The translations under genes and the position numbers were made by a program. Shown piece by piece: positions 47,730 to 60,900 of a stretch of DNA of 64,000 nt; within the stretch, counting starts at the first letter, position 1, and each line of letters starts with the position of its first letter. This DNA is from Euglena gracilis. Lineage: Eukaryota. The notes below the pieces were generated by a model. It ran no database searches. It was not told where the DNA came from and worked only from the letters and a program-made list of their open reading frames with translations. The stretch is taken from the NCBI GenBank assembly GCA_039621445.1, contig CP154954.1, positions 27,516,123-27,580,122 on the forward strand, given 5' to 3'.

Positions 47730-50700
47730 CCTCCTCCACCTCCTCCTCCTCCGGGTGACGGCTGGGCTGGGCCACCGGTGGCGGCACGATGACGGGGCTG
47801 GCCCCCTCGGGCTGACTGGCGGGTGGGGTCAGCTCTGGGGTCTCCCGGCCGGGGGCGGTCATCTCCACGTCACCTTCCTCTGGGCTGTCCACCGCCTCGG
47901 TCTCCTCCCGTCGGGCCTTGCGGGCTGGGGGCCTGCTGGGCTTCTTCTCCGGCTCCTTCTTCTGGCGCTTCTTCTTCCGGTCACCCCCACCCTTCTGGCG
48001 CTCCTCCAGCTTCTGCAGGCGGCGCTGCTCCTGCCGAATCTTGGTCTGGCGGCGCCGCTCCTCGGCCTCCTTGGCCCGTCGCCCCGCCTCCTCAGCGGCC
48101 AGGCGGAGCTTGTCCTGGAGGGCGGCGTTCTCCAGGGGGACCCAGAGGGCGTCCCCCCCTTCCAGGGCGACCAGCAGGAGGGGCAGCATGGTGGAGGCGA
48201 CGGGCCGGGGCAGGGTCACCGTGTTGGCCACGGTCTGGGTGACGTCTTCCAGGCTACTGGCCGAGTCCTCCACCACCACCAGCACCTCGGGGGCCCGCTG
48301 CCGCCGCCACTGCCGGTTCCACATCGGCTCCTCCGGCAGGATGCCGCTGGGCCGCAGCAGTCGGCTGGCCGCCCGGTGCCTCGCCAGCGGCGCCTCGTGC
48401 TCCTCCGCCACCACCCGCTGCGCCGCGCGCGGGCAGGCGTGCTGCCGCAGCGCCCGGTACACCGCCCAGGCGTCCTTGAGCAGCAGCTCGATCCGCGGCC
48501 GCCGCGGCTCCCAGGCCAGCTCCTCCAGCAGCGCCGCGCCGCCCTCCGTCCGCAGCGGCACCCGGGTGTGGGCCACCTGTACCACCAGGGTCTGCAGCGG
48601 GTGGCCGCGCTGCACCACCACCGCCACGAACTCCTCGTAGGTGGCGGCGAAGTGGGCCTTCACCAGCTGGCCCAGCAGCTTCCCGGACTCCGCGGCCAGG
48701 GCGGTCTCCTCGCTTTAGCCCTCGTAGCCACGGCGACGGGAGTGGGTGCTGCTGGCCTGGGAGGACTCCATTCAGTCCACCCCAGGTCTGGCGACACACC
48801 TTACACCAACCCACTATTCCGTCAACGTCACACCGGCCACTCTCACCATTCAGAATGCATCGCACAAACACACATTTACACACTTCACATCCACACCTCT
48901 GTAAGTCATTTCTTCTCTTCAGAGACGTTTTGATGCGCGCAATTGTGCAAGTCAACAAGGAAACAGACACGCACCAATTCACAGCTATACCCTGCCTGGT
49001 CATCCGCCATGTACGTTAGCTCCAGACAGGGAACAGCAATCAAGTATCACCATAAGGCCTTAACCACCCTGCACTTCACGCACACACTCTCAAATTGGTT
49101 GTCAGCATGACATCTCAGAAGTTACAACATCTCCAGCATTCATACAAATCAGACCCCCTTTCGCTCCACTAAGTAACCGATAACGTCCAAAGTGTTTCAT
49201 TGGTCACACAACACCCACTGGGTAGCTTCGCAACAAAAAGCAACAAATTGTGCGCGCAATTGCGCAAGTAAAACAGGAACACTTTTCATCACTGACACAA
49301 ATCTGGAGTGTCACAACCCCCCTCTCAGCAACTCAATCCATAATTGAGGACACAATCGTTTGATGCGCGCAATTGCGCAAGTGTGCAATGCGCCATAAGT
49401 AAAATTCTGTTGAACACCAATTAGAAGGTTCCAATTCACCGGGCATTTCTTCACCCTTGTTCAAGACAGGCGGTGTCACACCCCTCTTCGGGCACACTCA
49501 ATTCCATCGTACTTCGCAATTGGTGGCACCCAACACACCCGCGCAACAATTCTCAAATGCATTGAGGGTGTCCAGTTTCATCGCCAGCCAAACCATGGAT
49601 ATCCACAGGACACATTTGCACCGTCCAAAACTCAAAAACTGTGCGCCGCCAGATCTGGCCAGGTGCTTGCCGCGGGCAGCTGTGGGGTAGAAGTGGGTGT
49701 GGGTGGGTGCCCCGCGGGCAGCGTGAAAGAAAGCAGCTGCGGAGAGGGGGAGGTACAGAATTTCACGCGTCCGTCCGGTCGCGAAGTCCAGTTAGGACTT
49801 TGTATTTGAAGGGGTTCGAATTGCCCAGCCCTAACGAGTTCCGGGCGCGATCACAAAAATTTTTTCCGGCGGACAGGGTACAGGGTCCCAGGGGTTACAA
49901 AAAAATGGTACATTTGCGCAATTGCGCAAATGTCAAAGGAAAAACCCTTAAGTGCGAATTCGGCCGCCTAAGTCCCTCCAAACGAAACCAGCACGCACAG
50001 ACGATGAGCACCTGTGCTCGCCGTCTGTGCGCTCATCGGCTGTGCGCGCCTGTTAGATTTTTTTTGTTCATCAACACATCTCATTTACATGTGCCGTGAT
50101 TCAGATGGTTGGGACCTCCTGCCATCCCAGCCAGGCTGTATTTTAGTCGGGTGTCGACCCCACCCCCGGGGGGGGGGTGCCTGCCTGACCAGGCACTCCA
50201 AGGCACTCCAAATCCGAACCCCCGGGGGGGGGGGTCGGACACACGGTCAAAAGTGCCCTAGCACAGACCCGCCGCCGAAGTCGCCAGGGAGCCAAAAATG
50301 GCCTATTTTCAAAGGAATGTGCCTGGGTGCTGGCCGAAATCCGACCCCCTCGCAGGGGGGGGGGTAGTGCCTGCCTGGGCAGGCACTCATAGGCACGCTG
50401 GACCCCCCCCTCCCCCCAGGGTTGGAAAAATACGGCCTGATCCCGGCAGGCAGGTGGGACCCCCAACAGGCTGAATTTTGAGGTCCCCCAGGGGGGGTAG
50501 GCATTCCAAAGCACCCAGATCTGCACCTGGGAGGGGGGGGTTGGGCTTATGGCCAGAAGTGACTGGGCACACAGTCAAGGCAATTCCAGAAGAGTCCATT
50601 TCTGGCACTTTTTTGGGCCACAACCAGGCAGGCCCCGACCCCACCCCAGGGGGAGAGGTGCAGAAGGGTGTCTGCCTGTCCCGGCACTCCCGGGCACGCG

Positions 50701-53157
50701 GGGGGGGGGTCACCTCCAGCCTTGGCCCCCGCCTCCTTTCCCAACCCCCGCGACGGTCTGCCGCCATCATCCGGGTCGCCAAGGCCGGCGGGGCGCTGGC
50801 CCCGCAGTGGGCCGGGGAGGTGGTGGCCCTCGTGGAGGAGTGCATCCGCGGGGCCCCCACCCCCCTGGCGCGCCTGGCGGCCTGGTGTGTGCCCTCAGGT
50901 GCTCCTGCGTGTCCACCGTGTGTCCTGCCATTTGCACTGCAGCAAAGCCTATTTGAGGTGGGTGGCTGTTTTTAATTTGTCAGGTACAACAAACATAAAC
51001 ATTAAAACAAAAAACATTATCATTCGAGCCAATGCGGGGAAACCCCAAAATGGAAGCCTGCTAATTGTGTTCATTTGGCCTGTACAGCGCCAAATTCCAA
51101 TGTTAATTTGAAGCTTTACAGAGTATTTTGTCCAATATGGAAGAATAACTGTGACAACAGAAGCACCAGACCATTTTCTAGGATTTTGTGACCCTGGATC
51201 TTTACCCTGAATATTTCTGTGAAAATGGACAATAATCCATGTGGGAGTTTTGATTATGCCACAAGGTATGAAGGTCTCAGAATTGCATTTTTTCGGAATC
51301 TCTCGGATGTTCCCAGCCATCTAAGTTTGGACCGAGGTGTCCCCAATGGCAGAATCCCATCAAGAACAATGCAATTTTATGAAATTTTTTCGCAAATCTT
51401 CGCTTGGGTGGGGCTTCCCCTATCAATTCCCTTACTCCTTACGGTAACCTCAAATTCCCCTCGCACTTATGCATCCAGAACGTCGGGGCAACATTTTGTG
51501 TGGGAACACCAAACCAGGGCGGTGGGGTCTACCCGGGGGCTCAATGGGGCTGCCTCCCCCCATCAGGATCCTGCTGGACACCCTCGTTGTGCACACCCAC
51601 CCCGTCTACGCCTCCCTCTTCGCCCCCGGCCTGGAGGCCAGGCCCGGCTCCAGGGGGAGGGGGTGGACAAGGGCGGACAACAGTGGGGAGGGGGGCGTGG
51701 TGGGTGCCATCGCCCGTGCCTGCCAGCAGCGCTGGCCTGCTCCTGTCTGCGGCCGTGGGCGAAGTACGCGGACCTTTACCACTCATGCTCGGGGCCCTCC
51801 TCCCAGTCCAGTTTTGGCACGTGTCTGGTCTGGGGCACCCCGGGGGCAATTATGGCAGGGGGGGGGGTTCTTATGGATTTGCTCATCCACATCAATGATG
51901 GGCAAGCAAGCGAGCTTTTGAGGAATTCCAAAGTTCCATTTTGGGCCCTAGGCGGCAACTGTGATGGGACGGGAAGGAGGTTGGCCCCTTGAGCCCCCCC
52001 CCCCCTCTCGGCGAGGCCCTCGGCCGCGGTGCGTGGAGCCGCGCTGGGTGCAGGTGCTTTCCCTCACCACCCTCGCCAACATCGAAAGCACGGTGGCGGC
52101 CGCCGAGCAGCCGGTGCCCCCCCCCGCCTCACCCGTTCACATCCCGTCCGTGCGCGGCAGCTGTATGCCTTTGGGGGTCCACGGTCAACCTGAATGGGTG
52201 GCCGGGGACACTGGACGCAGGAGCGTCCGTGCCACATACCCTTTCGCCGTGTGGCAGGTGGCAGCGCAGGAGAGAACACACTCCACCCGCCACGACGAAG
52301 CGGCAATCATGATCTCGACCACAACACCTTTTTGGGGGGAGGGTCAGAATCAATTGCATCGGCAACAGCCATCTCCCCCCAAGCACGGATAAGTGATGTG
52401 GTAAGGATGATAATAAGTATGTGATGAGGAAGATGTGTCTAGCACAACCCCTGCCCGGCACAAAGGATATGCATAGTTAGCTCCCCCCCCCATTCCCTTG
52501 ATTTCCGTGGTTTTCCCAGCAAAATGAACCGCATGTGGACCGAAGTTGGGTGAGGGTGAGGGTTTGGGTTGGGGTTGAGAAGAATTTGGAATTTGAAGAT
52601 TTTTTACCCCAACCGCACCCAATGGGAAACCTGGAATGAGGTGGAAGAAGTCTGCAGCCAGACCCCCAGGGGTGCCTGCAGGGCGACAAAGGCTGTGTGC
52701 AGCATCGGACTCGGATTCAGACTCTGGGGATCACGGCGCATCCCGTGCCTCCATCGATACGTTCCTTCGGCAGCATTCTCAGGCGTGTCCTGTATAAGTC
52801 CGTGCCATCCACCAAATCCAAAAAAATGGTATTTAGGTATCAAAGCACTAAACCACTCATGCGGACGCATGTGAATCTCTGTCTTGTTGACCTGTGTGCC
52901 TGTGAGCCTTGAGCTGTGTGCACGAGTGCTCTGCGGCTGCTGAACAGTGCCCAACCGGCACACCTCAGCCTTTTCTTGCCGTGCCTACATCCCTCTCTTC
53001 CTCCCAACAGCAACCGGCATCTCGAACACAGCCCGTGCGACCCATCCCCATCATGGTGCTGGATGACGACGACGAGGACCCCCTGGCTCCATCCTCCCCA
53101 GCGATTTACTCCCCTGTTGAGCCTGCTGAGGAAGGGCGATGGTCGCCCATCTTCGAG
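33040..53157 (+). CDS. Multi-exon host gene with an N-terminal CID (RNA Pol II CTD-interacting)-like domain; 3' end not determined
   Basis: Exons MAAPPGSLDAFRQDLFALRR (33040), SAAIIRVAKAGG...AGEVVALVEECIRGAPTPLARLAAW (~50755), ILLDTLVVHTHPVYASLFAPGLEA (~51565) resemble the helix pattern of Pcf11/Nrd1/SCAF CID domains. Further exons lie at ~52053 and ~53025. Confidence 0.55.
34991..35573 (-). CDS. 3' part of the cargo gene of the TIR element (Lys/Gly, acidic, Pro-rich low-complexity protein)
   Basis: GC3-rich ORF ...KGKGKGGKEDTRW...EAESEEEEE...LSKHNK*; same strand and composition as 47485-48663. Confidence 0.55.
39135..41617 (+). CDS. Retroelement ORF1 (predicted spliced, at least ~516 aa; RRM-like segment and Cys-rich C-terminus)
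   Basis: 301-aa ORF 40712-41617 (VVRVLNLS..RGFCHVTI; CDAKGCWNC) extended upstream through exons 39135-39342, 39716-39987, 40311-40490 by terminal-pairing introns. Confidence 0.55.
41689..46619 (+). CDS. Retroelement ORF2: apurinic-like endonuclease + reverse transcriptase + RNase H + C-terminal Cys/His motif; one -1 frameshift near 44465-44540
   Basis: APE: DLNCGG, FLQE, NVHLDP, AGDFN, IDYI, SSHD. RT: SYRPIKL, DESGAFD, GLSQGCKFAP, YSDD, NNLQK. RNase H: YITTDAS, LEW, WCDNSS, RADYLA. C-terminal CRFCH..RHIVGC. Confidence 0.92.
46952..47380 (+). repeat. 56-bp tandem repeat, ~7.7 copies, in the retroelement 3' region
   Basis: Unit GTGCTGCCCCCTTCCCGCTCTCGTCCGGTAGGGCTGAGCGTGTGCTTGTGTTGTTC starting 46952, 47008, 47064 ... 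47344. Confidence 0.95.
47485..48710 (-). CDS. 5' part of the cargo gene of the TIR element; unknown protein with coiled-coil, NLS-like KKKRQKK and Ser/Glu-rich tract
   Basis: 392-aa GC3-rich ORF; probable GT donor at 47510 after KGKGKG; no transposase motif recognised. Confidence 0.6.
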
Positions 53158-53515
53158 GTGCAGGAAGCCGCGCTGGGTGTGTTGTGTGATGGTGTTACTG
53201 TGTGGTGTGTGTTTGTTTTGTTTGGTGTGTGTGGGCATGTGTGTGGGTATCATATGCATGAGTGTACGTGTGTGGGTATTGCATGCATGAGTGTATGCGT
53301 GCGGGTAGGTGGGTGGGTGGTGGCCTGTAAATTCTTTCTGTCCCCGTTGATTATTTTTTAAAAAATTATACATCTGCCCAGCCTGAGAAAACATTTTGTA
53401 TATCGATACTCCCACTGCTGCAAGCAACCCAGGCGGCGACGACAATGCAAGAATTTTTTTCCTGGTGAGGAGGAGCATGGGTGGTCGCCCATGTCCAAAG
53501 CACTGGGAGCTGAGC

Positions 53516-53559
<44 letters not shown>

Positions 53560-54133
53560 GGTCAGGTCTTTGCTTAAGGAGTTGCAAACCCTGAGAAGCT
53601 GGGTTGTAGCAAGTCCAAAGCTGGGCAGTGCAATTTCTAGTGGAAACTCTTGCAACCCCATTTTGCGGAATGGTTTTCCCAGTTTCGCACCAGCTGATCA
53701 CAGAAACCTGGCATTTTTGGAACAAGATTAGCAAAAAAAAAAGGTTAAAACCCGTTTTCAGATCGGTGCGAAGTGCCAGATATATTTTTTTCCAACCGGA
53801 AGACCCCAGGGCTGTCCAAACCCTATGAATGGTGGAACCCGGATCTCCTGTCAGATTCCACTTCTGGCAGCTTTTTGGCCACCTTTAATGGAGCGTTGGC
53901 AGTCAAATAAAGCGCAAAAAGCCACCTTTACATGAAAATGTTTCATACTTTCCACTGCGCTTTTTCACGGAAATTCCGGAATATTCTGGATATTCTGACA
54001 ATTTCTATTCCAGTTTATTTCCGGTTTATATATAAAACATATATATATATACATATATATACATATATATATATATATATATCTTTACTTGGACCCCCCG
54101 GGGGGGCAAGTAAAGTCTAGCTGCCATATATAT

Positions 54134-54186
<53 letters not shown>

Positions 54187-54189
<3 letters not shown>

Positions 54190-54687
54190 GGGGGGGGGGA
54201 AAAATGCGTTTCGCATTTTTTCGCATTTTTTTGCATTTTTGGTGCATTTTTTCAAATTTTTAAAAAATGCGCAGTTTTGCGCATTTTTCGCATTTTTTGC
54301 GCATTTTTTCGTTTTTTTCAGCACATTTTTTGCTTTTTGGCACATTTTTCGTGATTTTCCAAAATTTTCGCATTTTTGACCATTTTTGCAATTTTTTGCA
54401 AAATTTTGAAATTTTTGACTTTTGTTGAATCGTACTTTTTTTTTATTATTCTACTTATTTTCTTCAACTTTTTTGCCTTTTTTGCATGTTTTTGGGTTAT
54501 TTTTGCATTTTCGTGATTTTTGCGCATTTTTTTCTCGGATTTTGCACATTTTTGCGCATTTTTTTCCAAAAATGCGCATTTTTTGCGCATATTTTTTTGC
54601 GCATTTTTGCGCATTTTTTGCGCATTTTTGCGCATTTTTGCGCATTTTTTTCCGAGGCCGGGCGAGCGCATTCCCCCCCCCCCCCTG
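54187..54687. mobile_element. Non-autonomous hAT-like element inserted in a (TA)n/(GA)n microsatellite field (54028-54985)
   Basis: TIR CAGGGGG..AAAAATGCG / CGCATTCCC..CCTG and TTTTTGCGCA repeats resembling the ends of 16062-20149. A similar left end is at ~11334. Confidence 0.75.
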
Positions 54688-54987
54688 TATAGAGAGAGAG
54701 AGAGAGAGATATATAGAGAGATATATATATATATATATATATATAGATATACTATCTATATCTCTCTCGTATATAGATCTATATATCTATATAGATCTCT
54801 ATATCTCTAGATCTCTCTCTATATATATATATATATACTCTTATATATATATATATATCTCTATATATATATATATAATATAGATTCTATTATATATATC
54901 TCTCTCCTATAGATCTCTCTATATCTCTCTCTCATATCTCTCTCTCTACTCTCTCTCTCTCTCTCTCTATCTCTCTCATATATATTA

Positions 54988-57900
54988 TCTGTTGGTTGCA
55001 CGAAATGAGCAGATTTAGATGGGTGCATTCGACCATTCCGGGGGACATTTACCAGGTCAGCCCAGGTTACCATGTAAAAATGGACCAAATTGGGCCTTAC
55101 TCCGAGTAACCGAATGGGTGTTCCAGGAGGCCTCCAAAGTCAGGGGACCCGTTGGTTTCATGATTGTCGTGGTTTAATGGTAAGAAAAACATGCAGCGAG
55201 CGGGATGGTTGCAAGAAATGAGCAGATTTAGATGGGTGCATTCGACCATTCCGGGGGACATTTACCAGGTCAGCCCAGGTTACCATGTAAAAATGGACCA
55301 AATTGGGCCTTACTCCGAGTAACCGAATGGGTGTTCCAGGAGGCCTCCAAAGTCAGGGGACCCGTTGGTTTCATGATTGTCGTGGTTTAATGGTAAGAAA
55401 AACATGCAGCCGGAAGGTTGGTTGCAAGAAATGAGCTGATTTTAGATGGGTGCATTCGACCATTCCGGGGGACATTTACCAGGTCAGCCCAGGTTACCAT
55501 GTAAAAATGGACCAAATTGGGCCTTACTCCGAGTAACCGAATGGGTGTTCCAGGAGGCCTCCAAAGTCAGGGGACCCGTTGGTTTCATGATTGTCGTGGT
55601 TTAATGGTAAGAAAAACATGCAGCCGGAAGGTTGGTTGCAAGAAATGAGCAGATTTAGATGGGTGCATTCGACCATTCCGGGGGACATTTACCAGGTCAG
55701 CCCAGGTTACCATGTAAAAATGGACCAAATTGGGCCTTACTCCGAGTAACCGAATGGGTGTTCCAGGAGGCCTCCAAAGTCAGGGGACCCGTTGGTTTCA
55801 TGATTGTCGTGGTTTAATGGTAAGAAAAACATGCAGCGGGAAGGTTGGTTGCAAGAAATGAGCAGATTTAGATGGGTGCATTCGACCATTCCGGGGGACA
55901 TTTACCAGGTCAGCCCAGGTTACCATGTAAAAATGGACCAAATTGGGCCTTACTCCGAGTAACCGAATGGGTGTTCCAGGAGGCCTCCAAAGTCAGGGGA
56001 CCCGTTGGTTTCATGATTGTCGTGGTTTAATGGTAAGAAAAACATGCAGCGGGAATGTTGGTTGCAAGAAATGAGCAGATTTAGATGGGTGCATTCGACC
56101 ATTCCGGGGGACATTTACCAGGTCAGCCCAGGTTACCATGTAAAAATGGACCAAATTGGGCCTTACTCCGAGTAACCGAATGGGTGTTCCAGGAGGCCTC
56201 CAAAGTCAGGGGACCCGTTGGTTTCATGATTGTCGTGGTTTAATGGTAAAAATAAATAGGCAGCAGGGAAGGTTGGTTGCAAGAAATGAGCAGATTTAGA
56301 TGGGTGCATTCGACCATTCCGGGGGACATTTACCAGGTCAGCCCAGGTTACCATGTAAAAATGGACCAAATTGGGCCTTACTCCGAGTAACCGAATGGGT
56401 GTTCCAGGAGGCCTCCAAAGTCAGGGGACCCGTTGGTTTCATGATTGTCGTGGTTTAATGGTAAAATAAAATAGGCAGCAGGGAAGGTTGGTTGCAAGAA
56501 ATGAGCAGATTTAGATGGGTGCATTCGACCATTCCGGGGCACATTTACCAGGTCAGCCCAGGTTACCATGTAAAAATGGACCAAATTGGGCCTTACTCCG
56601 AGTAACCGAATGGGTGTTCCAGGAGGCCTCCAAAGTCAGGGGACCCGTTGGTTTCATGATTGTCGTGGTTTAATGGTAAGAAAAACATGCAGCGGGGCAT
56701 GTTGGTTGCAAGAAATGAGCACATTTAGATGGGTGCATTCGACCATTCCGGGGGACATTTACCAGGTCAGCCCAGGTTACCATGTAAAAATGGACCAAAT
56801 TGGGCCTTACTCCGAGTAACCGAATGGGTGTTCCAGGAGGCCTCCAAAGTCAGGGGACCCGTTGGTTTCATGATTGTCGTGGTTTAATGGTAAGAAAAAC
56901 ATGCAGCCGGAAGGTTGGTTGCAAGAAATGAGCAGATTTAGATGGGTGCATTCGACCATTCCGGGGGACATTTACCAGGTCAGCCCAGGTTACCATGTAA
57001 AAATGGACCAAATTGGGCCTTACTCCGAGTAACCGAATGGGTGTTCCAGGAGGCCTCCAAAGTCAGGGGACCCGTTGGTTTCATGATTGTCGTGGTTTAA
57101 TGGTAAGAAAAACATGCATCCGGAAGGTTGGTTGCAAGAAATGAGCAGATTTAGATGGGTGCATTCGACCATTCCGGGGGACATTTACCAGGTCAGCCCA
57201 GGTTACCATGTAAAAATGGACCAAATTGGGCCTTACTCCGAGTAACCGAATGGGTGTTCCAGGAGGCCTCCAAAGTCAGGGGACCCGTTGGTTTCATGAT
57301 TGTCGTGGTTTAATGGTAAGAAAAACATGCAGCGGGAATGGTTGGTTGCAAGAAATGAGCAGATTTAGATGGGTGCATTCGACCATTCCGGGGGACATTT
57401 ACCAGGTCAGCCCAGGTTACCATGTAAAAATGGACCAAATTGGGCCTTACTCCGAGTAACCGAATGGGTGTTCCAGGAGGCCTCCAAAGTCAGGGGACCC
57501 GTTGGTTTCATGATTGTCGTGGTTTAATGGTAAGAAAAACATGCAGCCGGAAGGTTGGTTGCAAGAAATGAGCAGATTTAGATGGGTGCATTCGACCATT
57601 CCGGGGGACATTTACCAGGTCAGCCCAGGTTACCATGTAAAAATGGACCAAATTGGGCCTTACTCCGAGTAACCGAATGGGTGTTCCAGGAGGCCTCCAA
57701 AGTCAGGGGACCCGTTGGTTTCATGATTGTCGTGGTTTAATGGTAAGAAAAACATGCAGCAGGAATGTTGGTTGCAAGAAATGAGCAGATTTAGATGGGT
57801 GCATTCGACCATTCCGGGGGACATTTACCAGGTCAGCCCAGGTTACCATGTAAAAATGGACCAAATTGGGCCTTACTCCGAGTAACCGAATGGGTGTTCC

Positions 57901-60900
57901 AGGAGGCCTCCAAAGTCAGGGGACCCGTTGGTTTCATGATTGTCGTGGTTTAATGGTAGAAAAAACATGCAGCCGGAAGGTTGGTTGCAAGAAATGAGCA
58001 GATTTAGATGGGTGCATTCGACCATTCCGGGGGACATTTACCAGGTCAGCCCAGGTTACCATGTAAAAATGGACCAAATTGGGCCTTACTCCGAGTAACC
58101 GAATGGGTGTTCCAGGAGGCCTCCAAAGTCAGGGGACCCGTTGGTTTCATGATTGTCGTGGTTTAATGGTAAGAAAAACATGCAGCCGGAAGGTTGGTTG
58201 CAAGAAATGAGCAGATTTAGATGGGTGCATTCGACCATTCCGGGGGACATTTACCAGGTCAGCCCAGGTTACCATGTAAAAATGGACCAAATTGGGCCTT
58301 ACTCCGAGTAACCGAATGGGTGTTCCAGGAGGCCTCCAAAGTCAGGGGACCCGTTGGTTTCATGATTGTCGTGGTTTAATGGTAAGAAAAACATGCAGCC
58401 GGAAGGTTGGTTGCAAGAAATGAGCAGATTTAGATGGGTGCATTCGACCATTCCGGGGGACATTTACCAGGTCAGCCCAGGTTACCATGTAAAAATGGAC
58501 CAAATTGGGCCTTACTCCGAGTAACCGAATGGGTGTTCCAGGAGGCCTCCAAAGTCAGGGGACCCGTTGGTTTCATGATTGTCGTGGTTTAATGGTAAGA
58601 AAAACATGCATCCGGAAGGTTGGTTGCAAGAAATGAGCAGATTTAGATGGGTGCATTCGACCATTCCGGGGGACATTTACCAGGTCAGCCCAGGTTACCA
58701 TGTAAAAATGGACCAAATTGGGCCTTACTCCGAGTAACCGAATGGGTGTTCCAGGAGGCCTCCAAAGTCAGGGGACCCGTTGGTTTCATGATTGTCGTGG
58801 TTTAATGGTAAGAAAAACATGCAGTGAATGTTGGTTGCAAGAAATGAGCAGATTTAGATGGGTGCATTCGACCATTCCGGGGGACATTTACCAGGTCAGC
58901 CCAGGTTACCATGTAAAAATGGACCAAATTGGGCCTTACTCCGAGTAACCGAATGGGTGTTCCAGGAGGCCTCCAAAGTCAGGGGACCCGTTGGTTTCAT
59001 GATTGTCGTGGTTTAATGGTAAGAAAAACATGCAGCGGGAAGGTTGGTTGCAAGAAATGAGCAGATTTAGATGGGTGCATTCGACCATTCCGGGGGACAT
59101 TTACCAGGTCAGCCCAGGTTACCATGTAAAAATGGACCAAATTGGGCCTTACTCCGAGTACCGAATGGGTGTTCCAGGAGGCCTCCAAAGTCAGGGGACC
59201 CGTTGGTTTCATGATTGTCGTGGTTTAATGGTAAGAAAAACATGCAGCCGGAAGGTTGGTTGCAAGAAATGAGCACATTTAGATGGGTGCATTCGACCAT
59301 TCCGGGGGACATTTACCAGGTCAGCCCAGGTTACCATGTAAAAATGGACCAAATTGGGCCTTACTCCGAGTAACCGAATGGGTGTTCCAGGAGGCCTCCA
59401 AAGTCAGGGGACCCGTTGGTTTCATGATTGTCGTGGTTTAATGGTAAGAAAAACATGCAGCGTGAAGGTTGGTTGCAAGAAATGAGCAGATTTAGATGGG
59501 TGCATTCGACCATTCCGGGGGACATTTACCAGGTCAGCCCAGGTTACCATGTAAAAATGGACCAAATTGGGCCTTACTCCGAGTTACCGAATGGGTGTTC
59601 CAGGAGGCCTCCAAAGTCAGGGGACCCGTTGGTTTCATGATTGTCGTGGTTTAATGGTAAGAAAAACATGCATCCGGAAGGTTGGTTGCAAGAAATGAGC
59701 AGATTTAGATGGGTGCATTCGACCATTCCGGGGGACATTTACCAGGTCAGCCCAGGTTACCATGTAAAAATGGACCAAATTGGGCCTTACTCCGAGTAAC
59801 CGAATGGGTGTTCCAGGAGGCCTCCAAAGTCAGGGGACCCGTTGGTTTCATGATTGTCGTGGTTTAATGGTAAGAAAAACATGCAGCGGGAAGGTTGGTT
59901 GCAAGAAATGAGCACATTTAGATGGGTGCATTCGACCATTCCGGGGGACATTTACCAGGTCAGCCCAGGTTACCATGTAAAAATGGACCAAATTGGGCCT
60001 TACTCCGAGTAACCGAATGGGTGTTCCAGGAGGCCTCCAAAGTCAGGGGACCCGTTGGTTTCATGATTGTCGTGGTTTAATGGTAAGAAAAACATGCAGC
60101 CGGAATGTTGGTTGCAAGAAATGAGCAGATTTAGATGGGTGCATTCGACCATTCCGGGGGACATTTACCAGGTCAGCCCAGGTTACCATGTAAAAATGGA
60201 CCAAATTGGGCCTTACTCCGAGTAACCGAATGGGTGTTCCAGGAGGCCTCCAAAGTCAGGGGACCCGTTGGTTTCATGATTGTCGTGGTTTAATGGTAAG
60301 AAAAACATGCAGCGGGAATGTTGGTTGCAAGAAATGAGCACATTTAGATGGGTGCATTCGACCATTCCGGGGGACATTTACCAGGTCAGCCCAGGTTACC
60401 ATGTAAAAATGGACCAAATTGGGCCTTACTCCGAGTTACCGAATGGGTGTTCCAGGAGGCCTCCAAAGTCAGGGGACCCGTTGGTTTCATGATTGTCGTG
60501 GTTTAATGGTAAGAAAAACATGCAGCGGGAATGTTGGTTGCAAGAAATGAGCAGATTTAGATGGGTGCATTCGACCATTCCGGGGGACATTTACCAGGTC
60601 AGCCCAGGTTACCATGTAAAAATGGACCAAATTGGGCCTTACTCCGAGTTACCGAATGGGTGTTCCAGGAGGCCTCCAAAGTCAGGGGACCCGTTGGTTT
60701 CATGATTGTCGTGGTTTAATGGTAAGAAAAACATGCATCCGGAAGGTTGGTTGCAAGAAATGAGCACATTTAGATGGGTGCATTCGACCATTCCGGGGGA
60801 CATTTACCAGGTCCGCCTACTCCGAGAAACCGATTGGTGTTCCAGGAGGCCTCCAAAGTCAGGGGACCCGTTGGTTTCATGATTGTCGTGGTTTAATGGT

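Larger units (their letters stand above)
33571..49968. mobile_element. 16.4-kb composite TIR element (about 4.5 kb without the nested retroelement)
   Basis: tTA|GGCGGCCTAATTCGCACTTAAGG ... CCTTAAGTGCGAATTCGGCCGCC|TAa; same termini, subterminal sequence and GCGCAATTGCGC motifs as 26024-27238. Confidence 0.8.

Noticed and set aside
47755-48933. 392-aa + strand ORF
   Set aside because: Antisense shadow of the GC3-rich minus-strand ORF.
54084-54114. TTTACTTG..CAAGTAAA hairpin between (TA)n tracts
   Set aside because: Probably a collapsed MITE remnant; too short to classify.
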